Below are positions 9,679 to 21,157 of a DNA stretch of 48,334 bases, in pieces; within the stretch, counting starts at the first letter, position 1; each line of letters begins with the position of its first letter. This stretch comes from Piscirickettsiaceae bacterium (GTDB taxonomy: Bacteria; Pseudomonadota; Gammaproteobacteria; Methylococcales; Cycloclasticaceae). The DNA lies in assembly GCA_002401365.1 (NCBI GenBank), contig NVSW01000002.1:1-48334 (forward strand). The letters are read 5' to 3'. A program made the position numbers and the translations under genes. Under the pieces are notes generated by a model. It saw nothing but the letters and a program-made list of their open reading frames with translations, was not told the DNA's origin and ran no database searches.

Positions 9679-10890
9679 ATGTCTTGGGACGAATCAGATA
9701 ATGACAAAGATAAGAAAAAGGATCCGTGGAGCGGGCGTAAAAAAGATCAGGCGCCACCTGATCTTGATGAAGTAATTCGTTCTATGCAGGATAAATTGAG
9801 CGCGCTTTTTGGCGGCGGACCAAAAAATCCAAAAACATCAGGGAATGGTCAGTCATCCAGTTCAGTACCATCTGGCCCGAACATCGTCATAATTCTTGTT
9901 GTTGCTGCCTTGGTTTGGCTGGCAACCGGTATTTATATTGTTGATGAGGGTAATAGAGGTGTGATTTTAAGGTTTGGTAAATACCACGAAACGACGTTGC
10001 CTGGCCCACATTGGCGTTTTCCGAAACCTATCGACAACGCGTTAATTATTAATGTCGATCAGCAACGGTTTATTGAGGTGGGTTATCGTTCAGGTGCTAA
10101 TCAACAAGCTATTAGCGCTGTTAGGAAGGAAGCACTTATGTTAACCGAAGATGAAAACATCATTGATGTGCGATTGGCGGTTCAGTATAAGGTTAAAGAT
10201 GCACAAGATTATATATTTAATGTGCGAGCACCAGAAGTCACGCTAAAGCAATCTACTGAAAGCGCATTAAGAGCCGTTATAGGTAAAAGTAAAATGGACT
10301 TTGTGCTAACTGAAGGGCGTAGTGAAGTGGTTGCGAAGGTTGAAATAGAGCTTCAAGCTATGTTAGACGCTTACGGCACGGGTTTGATTGTCTCATCTGT
10401 AAACTTGGTGGAAGCACAGCCTCCAGAGGAAGTTCAAGGTGCATTTTCTGATGCCATCAAGGCGCGTGAAGATGAGCAGCGCTATATCAATGAAGCGGAA
10501 GCATATTCTAACGAAGTGATACCAAAGGCGCGTGGCGCCGCGTCAAGAATTGTGCAAGAAGCAGAAGCGTATGAGCAACGTGTTATTTCTGAAGCACTAG
10601 GTGACGCGTCTCGTTTCAGTCAATTACTAGTGCAATATGAAGCAGCGCCGGAAGTGACGCGCAAACGACTTTACTTAGAAACCATGGAAGATGTACTGGG
10701 TAACTCAAGAAAGGTGATTATGGATGTTAAAGGTGGGAATAGTTTAATGTATTTGCCTATCGATAAGTTGATGGAGTCCTCGGCAGCAAGTCCTGTGCAA
10801 AACCGCTTTATTACACCACCAGAAAAAACCACAGCTGCTAATACTGGACGAGATGGCAGTTATAGAGATAGAACAGTGAGAGGAAGATGA
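9679..10890 (+). CDS. hflK: FtsH protease modulator HflK
   Basis: N-terminal W..DPW..PPDLDE, one TM helix, SPFH domain (MLTEDENIIDV) and APEVTRKRLYLETME. Confidence 0.97.
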   Translation: MSWDESDNDKDKKKDPWSGRKKDQAPPDLDEVIRSMQDKLSALFGGGPKNPKTSGNGQSSSSVPSGPNIVIILVVAALVWLATGIYIVDEGNRGVILRFGKYHETTLPGPHWRFPKPIDNALIINVDQQRFIEVGYRSGANQQAISAVRKEALMLTEDENIIDVRLAVQYKVKDAQDYIFNVRAPEVTLKQSTESALRAVIGKSKMDFVLTEGRSEVVAKVEIELQAMLDAYGTGLIVSSVNLVEAQPPEEVQGAFSDAIKAREDEQRYINEAEAYSNEVIPKARGAASRIVQEAEAYEQRVISEALGDASRFSQLLVQYEAAPEVTRKRLYLETMEDVLGNSRKVIMDVKGGNSLMYLPIDKLMESSAASPVQNRFITPPEKTTAANTGRDGSYRDRTVRGR

Positions 10891-11747
10891 TGAGAATTAA
10901 TCCAGTTATTATTTTTGGGCTATTAGGTATCCTGTTTGTTGGAGCCAATAGTGTCTTTACTGTTGACCAGCGCGAAAAGGTTATTGTGTTTCGCTTGGGT
11001 GAAATTGTTAGGACAGATCTTACGCCGGGATTACATTTTAAATTTCCGTTTATCAATAATGTTCGAAAATACGATGGTCGTATTCAAACGTTGGATTCAA
11101 GGCCGGAACGTTTCCTAACATCAGAAAAGAAAAACGTTATTGTTGATACATTTGTAAAATGGAAGATTACTAACGTTGATAATTTTTATCGAGCTGTTGG
11201 TGGTGATCCTCGTCAAGTTGATACACGATTAAACCAATACGTCAAAGAGGGCATGAGAGCAGCGTTTAGTAAACAAACTATTTCAGAGTTGATATCAGTT
11301 GGCCGGGATAAGATTCGTGCGGGGCTCGTTAAAGATATGGATGTGTTGGGAAAAGCACTGGGTATTGATATTGTTGATGTGCGGATTAAACGAATTGACC
11401 TGCCTGATGAGGTGAGCGCGTCTGTATATAGACGAATGGAATCTGAGCGTGAGAGAGTTGCGCGTGACTTTAGGTCTAGGGGTAAAGAGGCGGCTGAAAG
11501 AATTAAAGCGAATGCGGATAAGCAAGGCGAAATTACGTTAGCGACGGCCTATAAAGAATCTCAAGAGTTACGTGGTAAAGGGGATGCTCTAGCTGCAAAA
11601 ACTTACGCGACTGCTTACAATAAAAACAAAGAGTTTTTTGCTTTTTACCGTAGTTTAGACGCGTATCGTAAAAGTATGGGTTCGGGCAATGACCTGATTG
11701 TGCTTGAACCAACGTCTGACTTTTTTAAATATTTTAATAAACCATAA
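10887..11747 (+). CDS. hflC: FtsH protease modulator HflC
   Basis: PGLHFKFPF, RFLTSEKKNVIVD, VYRRMESERER and FFAFYRSLDAY; ATGA overlap with hflK. Confidence 0.97.
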   Translation: MMRINPVIIFGLLGILFVGANSVFTVDQREKVIVFRLGEIVRTDLTPGLHFKFPFINNVRKYDGRIQTLDSRPERFLTSEKKNVIVDTFVKWKITNVDNFYRAVGGDPRQVDTRLNQYVKEGMRAAFSKQTISELISVGRDKIRAGLVKDMDVLGKALGIDIVDVRIKRIDLPDEVSASVYRRMESERERVARDFRSRGKEAAERIKANADKQGEITLATAYKESQELRGKGDALAAKTYATAYNKNKEFFAFYRSLDAYRKSMGSGNDLIVLEPTSDFFKYFNKP

Positions 11748-11783
11748 GATTTAATAAAGTAATTTGATTGGTGGGATTTAAGC

Positions 11784-11972
11784 ATGGCTTGGCAAGAACT
11801 GTTTGCAGCAATTGCATTGGTACTGGTCCTAGAGGGGATCATTCCCTTTTTGAGCCCAGTGTCATTACGCAAAACCTATCAACGTTTAGTAGAAATGAAT
11901 GACCAAACGATTAGAATTTCGGGTCTCGTTAGTATGATTGCCGGCGTATTGTTGTTAACGTTGGTGCGGTAA
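11784..11972 (+). CDS. DUF2065 (YjeT-like) small membrane protein
   Basis: AIALVLVLEGIIPFLSP, in the conserved position after hflC. Confidence 0.9.
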   Translation: MAWQELFAAIALVLVLEGIIPFLSPVSLRKTYQRLVEMNDQTIRISGLVSMIAGVLLLTLVR

Positions 11973-11986
11973 GGTTGAGTAGCTTG

Positions 11987-13156
11987 ATGGCAAATAAAAA
12001 TAATTGGATGTTACCTGAAGGGATCGAAGAATTACTTCCAGAGAATGCTGCCCGTTTAGAAAAAATGCGCCGTGAACTGTTGGATTTATTCAGTTCATGG
12101 GGTTATCAATATGTTATTCCACCATTAGTTGAATACTTGGACTCGTTACTAACCGGCACGGGGCCAGAAATTGACCTGCAAACATTCAAAGTAACAGACC
12201 AAATTAGCGGTAGAACGTTGGGTATTCGAGCTGATATGACACCGCAAGTAGCTCGTATAGCCGTACATCAAATACGTTCAAAAGCGCCTACCAGATTATG
12301 TTACCTAGGTTCCGTTTTACAAGCTCGGGGTGCGAAAATAGAGAAATCGCGAAGCCCTATTCAGGTTGGTGCTGAGTTGTATGGCAGCCGTCATATTAAA
12401 AGTGATGTCGAAGTTATCCAGCTAATGCTGGAGGTGCTCGCTGTTGCAGGCCTTCAGAATGTCCACCTTGATTTGGGTCACGTTGGTATCTTTAGAGGCT
12501 TGAGTAAACAATCAGGCCTGAGTGAGCAGCAAGAAGCAGATCTTTTTGACGTCTTGCAACGCAAGTCTACAGATGAAGTAGAAGCGTTATTACAAACATT
12601 CGATTGTGAGAAACAGTGGGTTGAGGTGTTTCAAAAACTGTTGCTGCTAAATGGTGATATTAGCGTGTTGGAAGAAGCAAAGAAGAGCCTTTCGATTGCC
12701 GGTGAAGCAGTACAAAAAGCAATATCTGAGTTACAAGACGTTGCCAACATAATGCAGGCTTTTTATCCATCGCTACCCTTGTATTTTGATTTGGCAGAGT
12801 TGCGTTGTTATCAATATCAAACAGGCATAGTGTTTGCTGCGTTCGTGCCTGGTTTTGGCTCTGAAGTAGCAAGGGGCGGGCGTTATGATGCAATGGCAGA
12901 GGAGTTTGGCTGTGCCCAACCTGCCACGGGCTTTAGTGCAGATATAAAAGTACTGGCTCGTTTGAGTGCAGATAGAAAAGCTGAAGCGTTGGCCGTTATT
13001 CTGGCGCCAAATGATTCAGATCCAGAATTGTACGAGACGATTCGTGATTTAAGAGCAAGCGGGAAAGCGGTCGTTCAACAGTTGCCTGATTCGAATGCAG
13101 AGCCAAGTTATACTAGTAAGTTATGCAAACATGATGGGCGTTGGGTGGTTCGTTAA
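11987..13156 (+). CDS. hisZ: ATP phosphoribosyltransferase regulatory subunit
   Basis: WMLPEGIEELLP, RADMTPQVARI, QVGAELYG, ARGGRYD and PATGFS, located before purA. TTG at 11975 is an alternative start. Confidence 0.95.
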   Translation: MANKNNWMLPEGIEELLPENAARLEKMRRELLDLFSSWGYQYVIPPLVEYLDSLLTGTGPEIDLQTFKVTDQISGRTLGIRADMTPQVARIAVHQIRSKAPTRLCYLGSVLQARGAKIEKSRSPIQVGAELYGSRHIKSDVEVIQLMLEVLAVAGLQNVHLDLGHVGIFRGLSKQSGLSEQQEADLFDVLQRKSTDEVEALLQTFDCEKQWVEVFQKLLLLNGDISVLEEAKKSLSIAGEAVQKAISELQDVANIMQAFYPSLPLYFDLAELRCYQYQTGIVFAAFVPGFGSEVARGGRYDAMAEEFGCAQPATGFSADIKVLARLSADRKAEALAVILAPNDSDPELYETIRDLRASGKAVVQQLPDSNAEPSYTSKLCKHDGRWVVR

Positions 13157-13199
13157 CGTTGTTAGGTACGCATTAAACGCTCGTTATAAATAAATTTAA

Positions 13200-15112
<1,913 letters not shown>

Positions 15113-15236
15113 AGTTAAAATGGTTAAAAAAGAAGCCTGTAAGTTAGCGGCTATTCATGTGTTATGCAAACAATTAGTTGCAAACTGTACTTATCAAGAT
15201 TAGTCTTGTCAATTAAGAAAAAATAAAAATATACTA

Positions 15237-17459
15237 GTGTCTAAAAGTAAAAATACAAATAAAAATCATCAGCATAAAGCTATCGATGAACGCGAAGCTG
15301 ATGTTATAAGCAAAAAGCAACTTCTTGCTTTTTTAATGGAGCAACAAGTGCCGCAAGATTGGCCTGCCATTATTGAGGGTTTAGGTGTTAACGACAAGCG
15401 AACGAAAAAAATATTGTCGAAGCATTTGGCGGGAATGCTGCATTCTGGTGAGTTGCTATTTAATAGAAAAGAGCAATATTGTTTAGTACAACAAAGCGAC
15501 CTTGAAACAGGCATCGTCATCGGCCATGCTGATGGGTTTGGTTTTTTAAAGCGAGATGCTGGTGGTGACGATATGTTTATTCCACCACGCGAAATGCGCG
15601 CGTTATTAAATGGCGACCGTGTTGTTGCAAGCAAAGGGAAACTTAATCGACAGGGCAAAATTGAAGCACGTGTAGTTGAGGTGCTTGATAGAAAGGTTAA
15701 AACATTAGTCGGTCGCTTTTTTGATGTAATGGGTGTGTTTCATTTAGAAGCTGAAAATAAACGAATTTTTCAGCATATTTTTATCCCGCAAAATGCCACT
15801 TCGGGTGCTAAAGATGGCCAAATTGTGATGGTTGAAATAACACGTTACCCAACATCACGTACGCAAGCAATAGGTAAGGTAATTGAGGTGATGGGCGACC
15901 ATATGGCACCTGGAATGGAAATAGATATGGCTATACGTTCTTATGACCTACCTTATGAATGGTCTCAGCAAGTACTGGATCAGGTACAAAGTTTCTCTGT
16001 AGACGTAACAGATGTCAATTTGTCTGACAGGACAGATGTGCGCAATTTGCCCTTTGTCACCATTGATGGAGCTGATGCACGAGATTTTGATGATGCTGTT
16101 TTTTGTAAAAAAACAGCAAATGGCTGGTTGCTGAGCGTTGCAATTGCAGATGTGGCTCATTATGTAGAAATGGGCAGCGCGATTGATAAAGAAGCTTATG
16201 AAAGAGGAAATTCAGTGTATTTCCCTGAAAAGGTTATACCGATGTTGCCTGAGGTTCTATCTAATGGACTTTGTAGCTTGAACCCACTGGTAGACCGTTT
16301 GTGCATGATTTGTGAAATGCACATTGATACCGCGGGGAAGGTAGTCGATACTAAATTTTATCAAGCAATTATGTATTCTCACGCACGTTTAACCTATGAT
16401 GAGGTTGGTGATATTTTTAATGGTGTTGATGCTGCGTTGATTGAAAAACATAAGGCGTTAATTCCTCATTTAAACGAACTACATCGGCTATACCATGTGT
16501 TAAAGAAAGCAGCGGATGCTAGGGGTGCTCTTGAGTTTGATACGGTTGAAACACGTTTTGTATTTGATAAGTCGCGAAAAATCAAGTCAATAGAGCCGGT
16601 GGTTCGCCACGATGCGCACCGACTTATCGAGATGTGTATGGTTGCAGCAAACGCAGCGACAGCTAAATTTTTAGCTAAACACAAAATAGCTAATTTATTA
16701 CGCGTACACGACGGCCCTAGTGTGGATCGCCTACTAAAATTAAGAAGCTTTCTTGCAGAACTTGGCTTAACGCTAGGTGGTGGGGAGGCTCCAAAGCCAC
16801 AACACTATCGCGAATTAATTGAGAAAGTTAAAGACCGCCCTGATTCGCATTTAATAGAAACAGTGGCCTTGCGTTCGATGTCTCAAGCAATGTATAGCCC
16901 AGAAAAAAAAGGCCACTTTGGTTTGGCGTTGGATCTTTACGCGCATTTTACCTCACCCATTCGTCGTTACCCCGATTTACTAACGCACCGTGCTATTAAG
17001 CATATAGTCAAAGGGCTAAAGGTTGAAAAATTTAACTATTCTGAAGCGGATATGACGTTATTCGGTGAGCATTGTTCACAATGCAATCGTCGAGCTGATG
17101 AAGCAACACGGGACGTGGAAAGTTGGTTGAAGTGTGAATATATGGCGGACAAAGTTGGGCAAGACTTTTCTGGTGTCGTGTCCTCTGTTACTTCTTTCGG
17201 TTTATTTGTGGAATTGGATGAGATTTATATTGATGGATTAATTCACGTGACGGCCTTAGGTGATGACTACTACCATTTTGATGCTGCGAAGCACCGATTA
17301 TTGGGTGAGCGAACGAATAGATCATTTAAGTTGGGTGACAAGCTTAAGGTTAAGTTGGTAAGGGTCAGTTTAGATGATAAAAAAATTGATTTGGCGTTAT
17401 ATGATTCATCGCCCAAAAAGAAACCTGCCTTGAAGCGGAGTAAAAGAAAAAGACGCTAA
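15237..17459 (+). CDS. rnr: Ribonuclease R
   Basis: GHADGFGFL (cold-shock domain), VTIDGADARDFDDA (RNB), HFTSPIRRYPDL, an S1 domain and a basic C-terminal tail; GTG start. Confidence 0.98.
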   Translation: MSKSKNTNKNHQHKAIDEREADVISKKQLLAFLMEQQVPQDWPAIIEGLGVNDKRTKKILSKHLAGMLHSGELLFNRKEQYCLVQQSDLETGIVIGHADGFGFLKRDAGGDDMFIPPREMRALLNGDRVVASKGKLNRQGKIEARVVEVLDRKVKTLVGRFFDVMGVFHLEAENKRIFQHIFIPQNATSGAKDGQIVMVEITRYPTSRTQAIGKVIEVMGDHMAPGMEIDMAIRSYDLPYEWSQQVLDQVQSFSVDVTDVNLSDRTDVRNLPFVTIDGADARDFDDAVFCKKTANGWLLSVAIADVAHYVEMGSAIDKEAYERGNSVYFPEKVIPMLPEVLSNGLCSLNPLVDRLCMICEMHIDTAGKVVDTKFYQAIMYSHARLTYDEVGDIFNGVDAALIEKHKALIPHLNELHRLYHVLKKAADARGALEFDTVETRFVFDKSRKIKSIEPVVRHDAHRLIEMCMVAANAATAKFLAKHKIANLLRVHDGPSVDRLLKLRSFLAELGLTLGGGEAPKPQHYRELIEKVKDRPDSHLIETVALRSMSQAMYSPEKKGHFGLALDLYAHFTSPIRRYPDLLTHRAIKHIVKGLKVEKFNYSEADMTLFGEHCSQCNRRADEATRDVESWLKCEYMADKVGQDFSGVVSSVTSFGLFVELDEIYIDGLIHVTALGDDYYHFDAAKHRLLGERTNRSFKLGDKLKVKLVRVSLDDKKIDLALYDSSPKKKPALKRSKRKRR

Positions 17460-18211
17460 TGGCTGAATTACTAACAATTTATGGTATTCATGCGGCTCAA
17501 GCGTTTTTTGAAAATGCTGCAAGTCGGGTTGTGAACGTTTGGTTTGACCGTCAGAGAGTAGATAATAAGCTTGTTCAATTGAAGGCGGCGCTTGGAGAAC
17601 TGGGCTTGCCATACCAAGACGAGGACAAAAAGACCTTAGATAAATTAGCGAAAGGTGGTAACCATCAAGGTGTTGTTATTACAGCAAGGTTGCCCCAAGA
17701 GTTAGCAGAAGATGCGTTAAAAAAAGCCCTTAAGCAAACAAAAGGTAATGCCTTTTATCTGGTTTTGGATCAAGTAACCGACCCGCATAATCTAGGGGCT
17801 TGTTTAAGGACAGCGCTAGCCGCGGGTGTCCAGGGTGTTATTGTGCCGAAGGATAATGCCTGCAGAATTAATGCAACTGTGTGCAAGGTAGCCAGTGGAG
17901 CAGCAGAGTTATTGCCAGTTTATCGAGTCACAAATTTGAGTAGAACATTGAAATGGCTTAAAACAGTGGGTGTATGGCTAAGCGGCGCCGCTGGTGAAGC
18001 CGAGAAAAGTATATTTTCAGCAGAGCTGTCAGGCTCGGTTGCTATTGTGATGGGTGCAGAAGGCAAAGGATTGCGTAAATTGACGCAACAGCAATGTGAC
18101 CAGTTGATTAAAATCCCAATGACAGCTAATACGGAAAGCTTAAACGTTTCCGTAGCAGCAGGTATTATTTTGTACGAAGTCGTCAGGCAAAATGGCATTG
18201 TGTCTATATAA
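17459..18211 (+). CDS. rlmB: 23S rRNA (Gm2251) 2'-O-methyltransferase
   Basis: IYGIHA, HQGVV, LDQVTDPHNLGACLR, MGAEGKGLR and SLNVSVAAG; follows rnr. Confidence 0.97.
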   Translation: MAELLTIYGIHAAQAFFENAASRVVNVWFDRQRVDNKLVQLKAALGELGLPYQDEDKKTLDKLAKGGNHQGVVITARLPQELAEDALKKALKQTKGNAFYLVLDQVTDPHNLGACLRTALAAGVQGVIVPKDNACRINATVCKVASGAAELLPVYRVTNLSRTLKWLKTVGVWLSGAAGEAEKSIFSAELSGSVAIVMGAEGKGLRKLTQQQCDQLIKIPMTANTESLNVSVAAGIILYEVVRQNGIVSI

Positions 18212-18241
18212 TATGCTACAAAACAAACTGCTAAATTAATC

Positions 18242-18778
18242 ATGTCATCTATAACGTACACACTAAGAAAAGTAGATATTATCGAATTTAACGAGTACCA
18301 CGCACGCATGAATGGTGTTTACGGTAAAAGCGTTACCCGGCACCAGATATTATGGCCTGCCGTTATTATTGTTGTGGCATTATTTATTGTGATGTCCTCA
18401 AAAGAGGCGCAGACAGGGGTGTATTTGTTAGTGGCGGCCTTTGTTTGGTCCATAGCGGTGCCTGCATGGTTAAAAAAAAGGTTTCATCAGCACGTGCTTG
18501 AACAACTTTCTGAAGAGGACTTGGAGCAAGCAACAGGGGACTATACACTTAAAATAACAGAGCAAGGATTGATGGAAGTAAAACCGTCAGGGGAATCATT
18601 GATTGGATGGGGTAGCATTTTGCGACTAGAGAGATCTAAACACCATGTGTATCTTTATATGAGTGATGATGCCGCGTTGATCATTCCAAAAGAAATGGTT
18701 AATGATGATGACGATTTCCAAGAATTTAATCTTGAACTGGTGTCTTCTCTTAAAAAGAACAAGGCTAAGGAAAGCTGA
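18242..18778 (+). CDS. YcxB-like membrane protein (2 TM helices plus a C-terminal soluble domain)
   Basis: Two hydrophobic segments, then ITEQGL..IGWGSI..YLYM..ALIIPK, which resembles YcxB-family C-terminal domains. Confidence 0.7.
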   Translation: MSSITYTLRKVDIIEFNEYHARMNGVYGKSVTRHQILWPAVIIVVALFIVMSSKEAQTGVYLLVAAFVWSIAVPAWLKKRFHQHVLEQLSEEDLEQATGDYTLKITEQGLMEVKPSGESLIGWGSILRLERSKHHVYLYMSDDAALIIPKEMVNDDDDFQEFNLELVSSLKKNKAKES

Positions 18779-18779
18779 C

Positions 18780-18814
18780 TTGCTTTAATTGCTTCTAAGC
18801 GGTAAAATCGCGCG
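18780..18814 (+). promoter_or_regulatory. Sigma70 promoter of the rpsF operon with GC-rich discriminator
   Basis: TTGCTT-17 bp-TAAAAT followed by CGCGCG, typical of stringently controlled ribosomal-protein promoters. Confidence 0.75.
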
Positions 18815-18844
18815 TTCAAATTTGTATGTGTTAATAGCGCTACA

Positions 18845-18890
18845 TTCCTTGCCTTACCACAACGGTGGAAGGCTGATAATCCATAAGGGG
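18845..18890 (+). ncRNA. S6:S18 autoregulatory leader RNA (rpsF 5' UTR)
   Basis: TTCCTT can pair with the SD AAGGGG. Inner hairpin GCCTT(A)CCAC-AACG-GTGG-AAGGC, then TGATAATCCA-TAAGG, the same layout as the enterobacterial rpsF leader. Confidence 0.8.
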
Positions 18891-18895
18891 ATAAT

Positions 18896-19330
18896 ATGAG
18901 ACATTATGAAATAGTATTTTTGGTGCACCCAGATCAAAGTGCCCAAGTTCCAGCCATGATCGAGCGTTATAGAGCTACCATCGAAGAAGGTAAAGGTAAA
19001 ATTCATCGTATTGAAGATTGGGGCAGAAGGCAGCTTGCTTACCCCATTAATAAAATTCATAAAGCGCATTACACATTGATGAACATAGAATGTGATCAAG
19101 GTGTTGTTAATGAACTTGAAAAGGCTTTTCGTTTTAATGACGCGGTTATTAGAAACATCATTATGCGTCGTGATGACGCTGAGACAGGTGCTACACCGCT
19201 AGCTAAATCTAACGAGAAAGACAATTCAGATAAAAAACCAAAACGTGAAGAAAAAGCACCAGCAGCTCCAGCTCCTGTAGAAGCTGTGACTGAAGAAAAA
19301 ACTGCTGAAGTTGAAGTTACTGAAAAATAA
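18896..19330 (+). CDS. rpsF: 30S ribosomal protein S6
   Basis: [27 protein letters not shown] and FRFNDAVIR, with a low-complexity C-terminal tail. Confidence 0.99.
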   Translation: MRHYEIVFLVHPDQSAQVPAMIERYRATIEEGKGKIHRIEDWGRRQLAYPINKIHKAHYTLMNIECDQGVVNELEKAFRFNDAVIRNIIMRRDDAETGATPLAKSNEKDNSDKKPKREEKAPAAPAPVEAVTEEKTAEVEVTEK

Positions 19331-19375
19331 TTTTTTCAGTAGTATTCACCAAACACAAATATTTAAGGAATAGAC

Positions 19376-19612
19376 ATGGCATTTGATAAAGGTTTTAGAC
19401 GACCACGTTACTGTAAATTTACTGCAGAAAACGTAAAACAAATTGATTACAAAGATATAGATACATTGAAAGAATACATGACCGAGACAGGAAAAATTAT
19501 GCCTGCTCGTGTTACGGGTGTTAAAGCAAAATATCAGCGTCAATTAACAGCAGCTATTAAGCGGGCACGTTTTTTATCGTTGATTCCATATTGCGATGCA
19601 CACGAGCGTTAG
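19376..19612 (+). CDS. rpsR: 30S ribosomal protein S18
   Basis: [27 protein letters not shown] and [19 protein letters not shown]. Confidence 0.99.
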   Translation: MAFDKGFRRPRYCKFTAENVKQIDYKDIDTLKEYMTETGKIMPARVTGVKAKYQRQLTAAIKRARFLSLIPYCDAHER

Positions 19613-19656
19613 GATATTTTATTCGTAGTTAGTAGGTCTGCGAAAAGGCTTTTTGT

Positions 19657-20565
19657 ATGAAAGCTCTAGCAACATTTATTATGCAAGGTGGGCGGCAAGC
19701 AACGGTCGTTGTGGCAACGTTAGCTATACTGTCGTTGTTAATGCCCCCCATAATAATCATTAGTGTCGCAGCACTTTGTTTGGTAACACTAAGACGTGGA
19801 GCCGCTGAAGGTGTTAGGGTTATGGTTGGCTCTACGGTGGCAACTGCACTGATTGGTTATGTATTATTAGGGTCACCAGTTGTGTCGCTAACGTATTTAT
19901 GCATTATGTGGTTACCAGCGTTTCTGGTGGCATTAGTATTTCGCGAAACAGGTAAGTTTAATAAAGCGCTTGAGTGTTTGGTGCTGTTAGGCATGTTGGC
20001 TGTACTGGGAATATACCTGATGGTTGATAGCCCCTCCCAGCAATGGGTAATGGGCATAGAAGGTGCGATAAAAACAATTAGCCAGCAACAAGACCTGTTG
20101 CTAACCGAAGGTGAGCTTCGGCTTGGGATAGAGTTTTGGTCCCATTATATGACGGGTATAGTTGTAGCGGGTTCCTTAGCTAGTTTAGTAATGAGTTTGT
20201 TATTGGCTCGATGGTGGCAAGGGTTGTTGTATAACCCTGGAGGCTTTAGTGAAGAGTTTGCAAAGATTCGCTTAGTACCACGTGATGCAATTGTATTTAT
20301 CGTGTTAATAGTAGCGGCGGTATCATTAAATAATGAGTTGTCGGAGCTACTATGGAATTTAGACATACCAATGTTATTGTTGTTCTTAATGGTTGGTATG
20401 TCTGTTGTACAAGGCATTGTTAAAAAGAAAAGTAAAGGGCAGTTCTTTCTTTTTGCCTTTTATGTAGCGGTATTTTTTATTCCGCATTTGATGTTGCCAA
20501 TTGTATTGATTGGGCTATCAGATGTTTGGCTAGATTGGCGTCAACGGTTTAATAGTAATACGTGA
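19657..20565 (+). CDS. DUF2232/YybS-like multi-pass membrane protein
   Basis: Many TM helices, LARWWQGLLYNPGGF motif, conserved position between rpsR and rplI. Confidence 0.85.
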   Translation: MKALATFIMQGGRQATVVVATLAILSLLMPPIIIISVAALCLVTLRRGAAEGVRVMVGSTVATALIGYVLLGSPVVSLTYLCIMWLPAFLVALVFRETGKFNKALECLVLLGMLAVLGIYLMVDSPSQQWVMGIEGAIKTISQQQDLLLTEGELRLGIEFWSHYMTGIVVAGSLASLVMSLLLARWWQGLLYNPGGFSEEFAKIRLVPRDAIVFIVLIVAAVSLNNELSELLWNLDIPMLLLFLMVGMSVVQGIVKKKSKGQFFLFAFYVAVFFIPHLMLPIVLIGLSDVWLDWRQRFNSNT

Positions 20566-20600
20566 CGAAAAATTAAATTTAATATTATAAGGTATGAGCG

Positions 20601-21050
20601 ATGGACGTTATTCTTCTTGAAAAAGTAGCAAATTTAGGTGACTTGGGTGATAGAGTTTCAGTTAAACCAGGTTTTGGACGTAACTTTTTAGTGCCAAATG
20701 GCAAAGCGGTGTTGGCAACAGCTGATCGTATTGCAGAGTTTGAGACGCGCAGGGCTGATCTGGAGAAAGCTGCAGCTGTGCGTTTGCAACAAGCTCAGAC
20801 TCGTGCAGAAGTGATTCAAAAACTTGTATTGGAAGTGACTCACCAAGCCGGTGAAGAAGGCAAACTTTTCGGTTCTGTTGGCATGACTGACATTATTAAA
20901 GTTGCAGCTGATGCAGGTGTAACAATTGAAAAGAATGAAATTAAATTATCAGATGGCGCGATCAGGCAAACGGGTGACTTTGAAATCACAGTGCATTTGC
21001 ATACAGATGTGGTTACATCCTTTAAATTGACGATAGTCGCTGAAAGCTAA
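20601..21050 (+). CDS. rplI: 50S ribosomal protein L9
   Basis: MDVILLEKVANLGDLGD, VKPGFGRNFLVP and GKLFGSV. Confidence 0.99.
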   Translation: MDVILLEKVANLGDLGDRVSVKPGFGRNFLVPNGKAVLATADRIAEFETRRADLEKAAAVRLQQAQTRAEVIQKLVLEVTHQAGEEGKLFGSVGMTDIIKVAADAGVTIEKNEIKLSDGAIRQTGDFEITVHLHTDVVTSFKLTIVAES

Positions 21051-21069
21051 ACTCATTCATGAAAAAATT

Positions 21070-21101
21070 AAAGCCGGTGCTTATGGCGCCGGCTTTTTTT
21101 T
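21070..21101 (+). terminator. Rho-independent terminator after rplI
   Basis: AAAGCCGGTGC-TTATG-GCGCCGGCTTT hairpin followed by a T tract. Confidence 0.9.
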
Positions 21102-21157
21102 GCAAGATATTTTTTGATGTACAATCATACATCCATCATCAAACTAAATAGTAACAC

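Noticed and set aside
15113-15236. Possible tRNA-Leu upstream of rnr, as in some gammaproteobacteria
   Set aside because: The spacer has no cloverleaf, T-loop GTTCRA or CCA end.
19255-19330. Short repeats (gcaccagcagctccagctcct; actgaa) in the rpsF 3' end
   Set aside because: Explained by low-complexity Ala/Pro/Glu codons; not a DNA repeat element.
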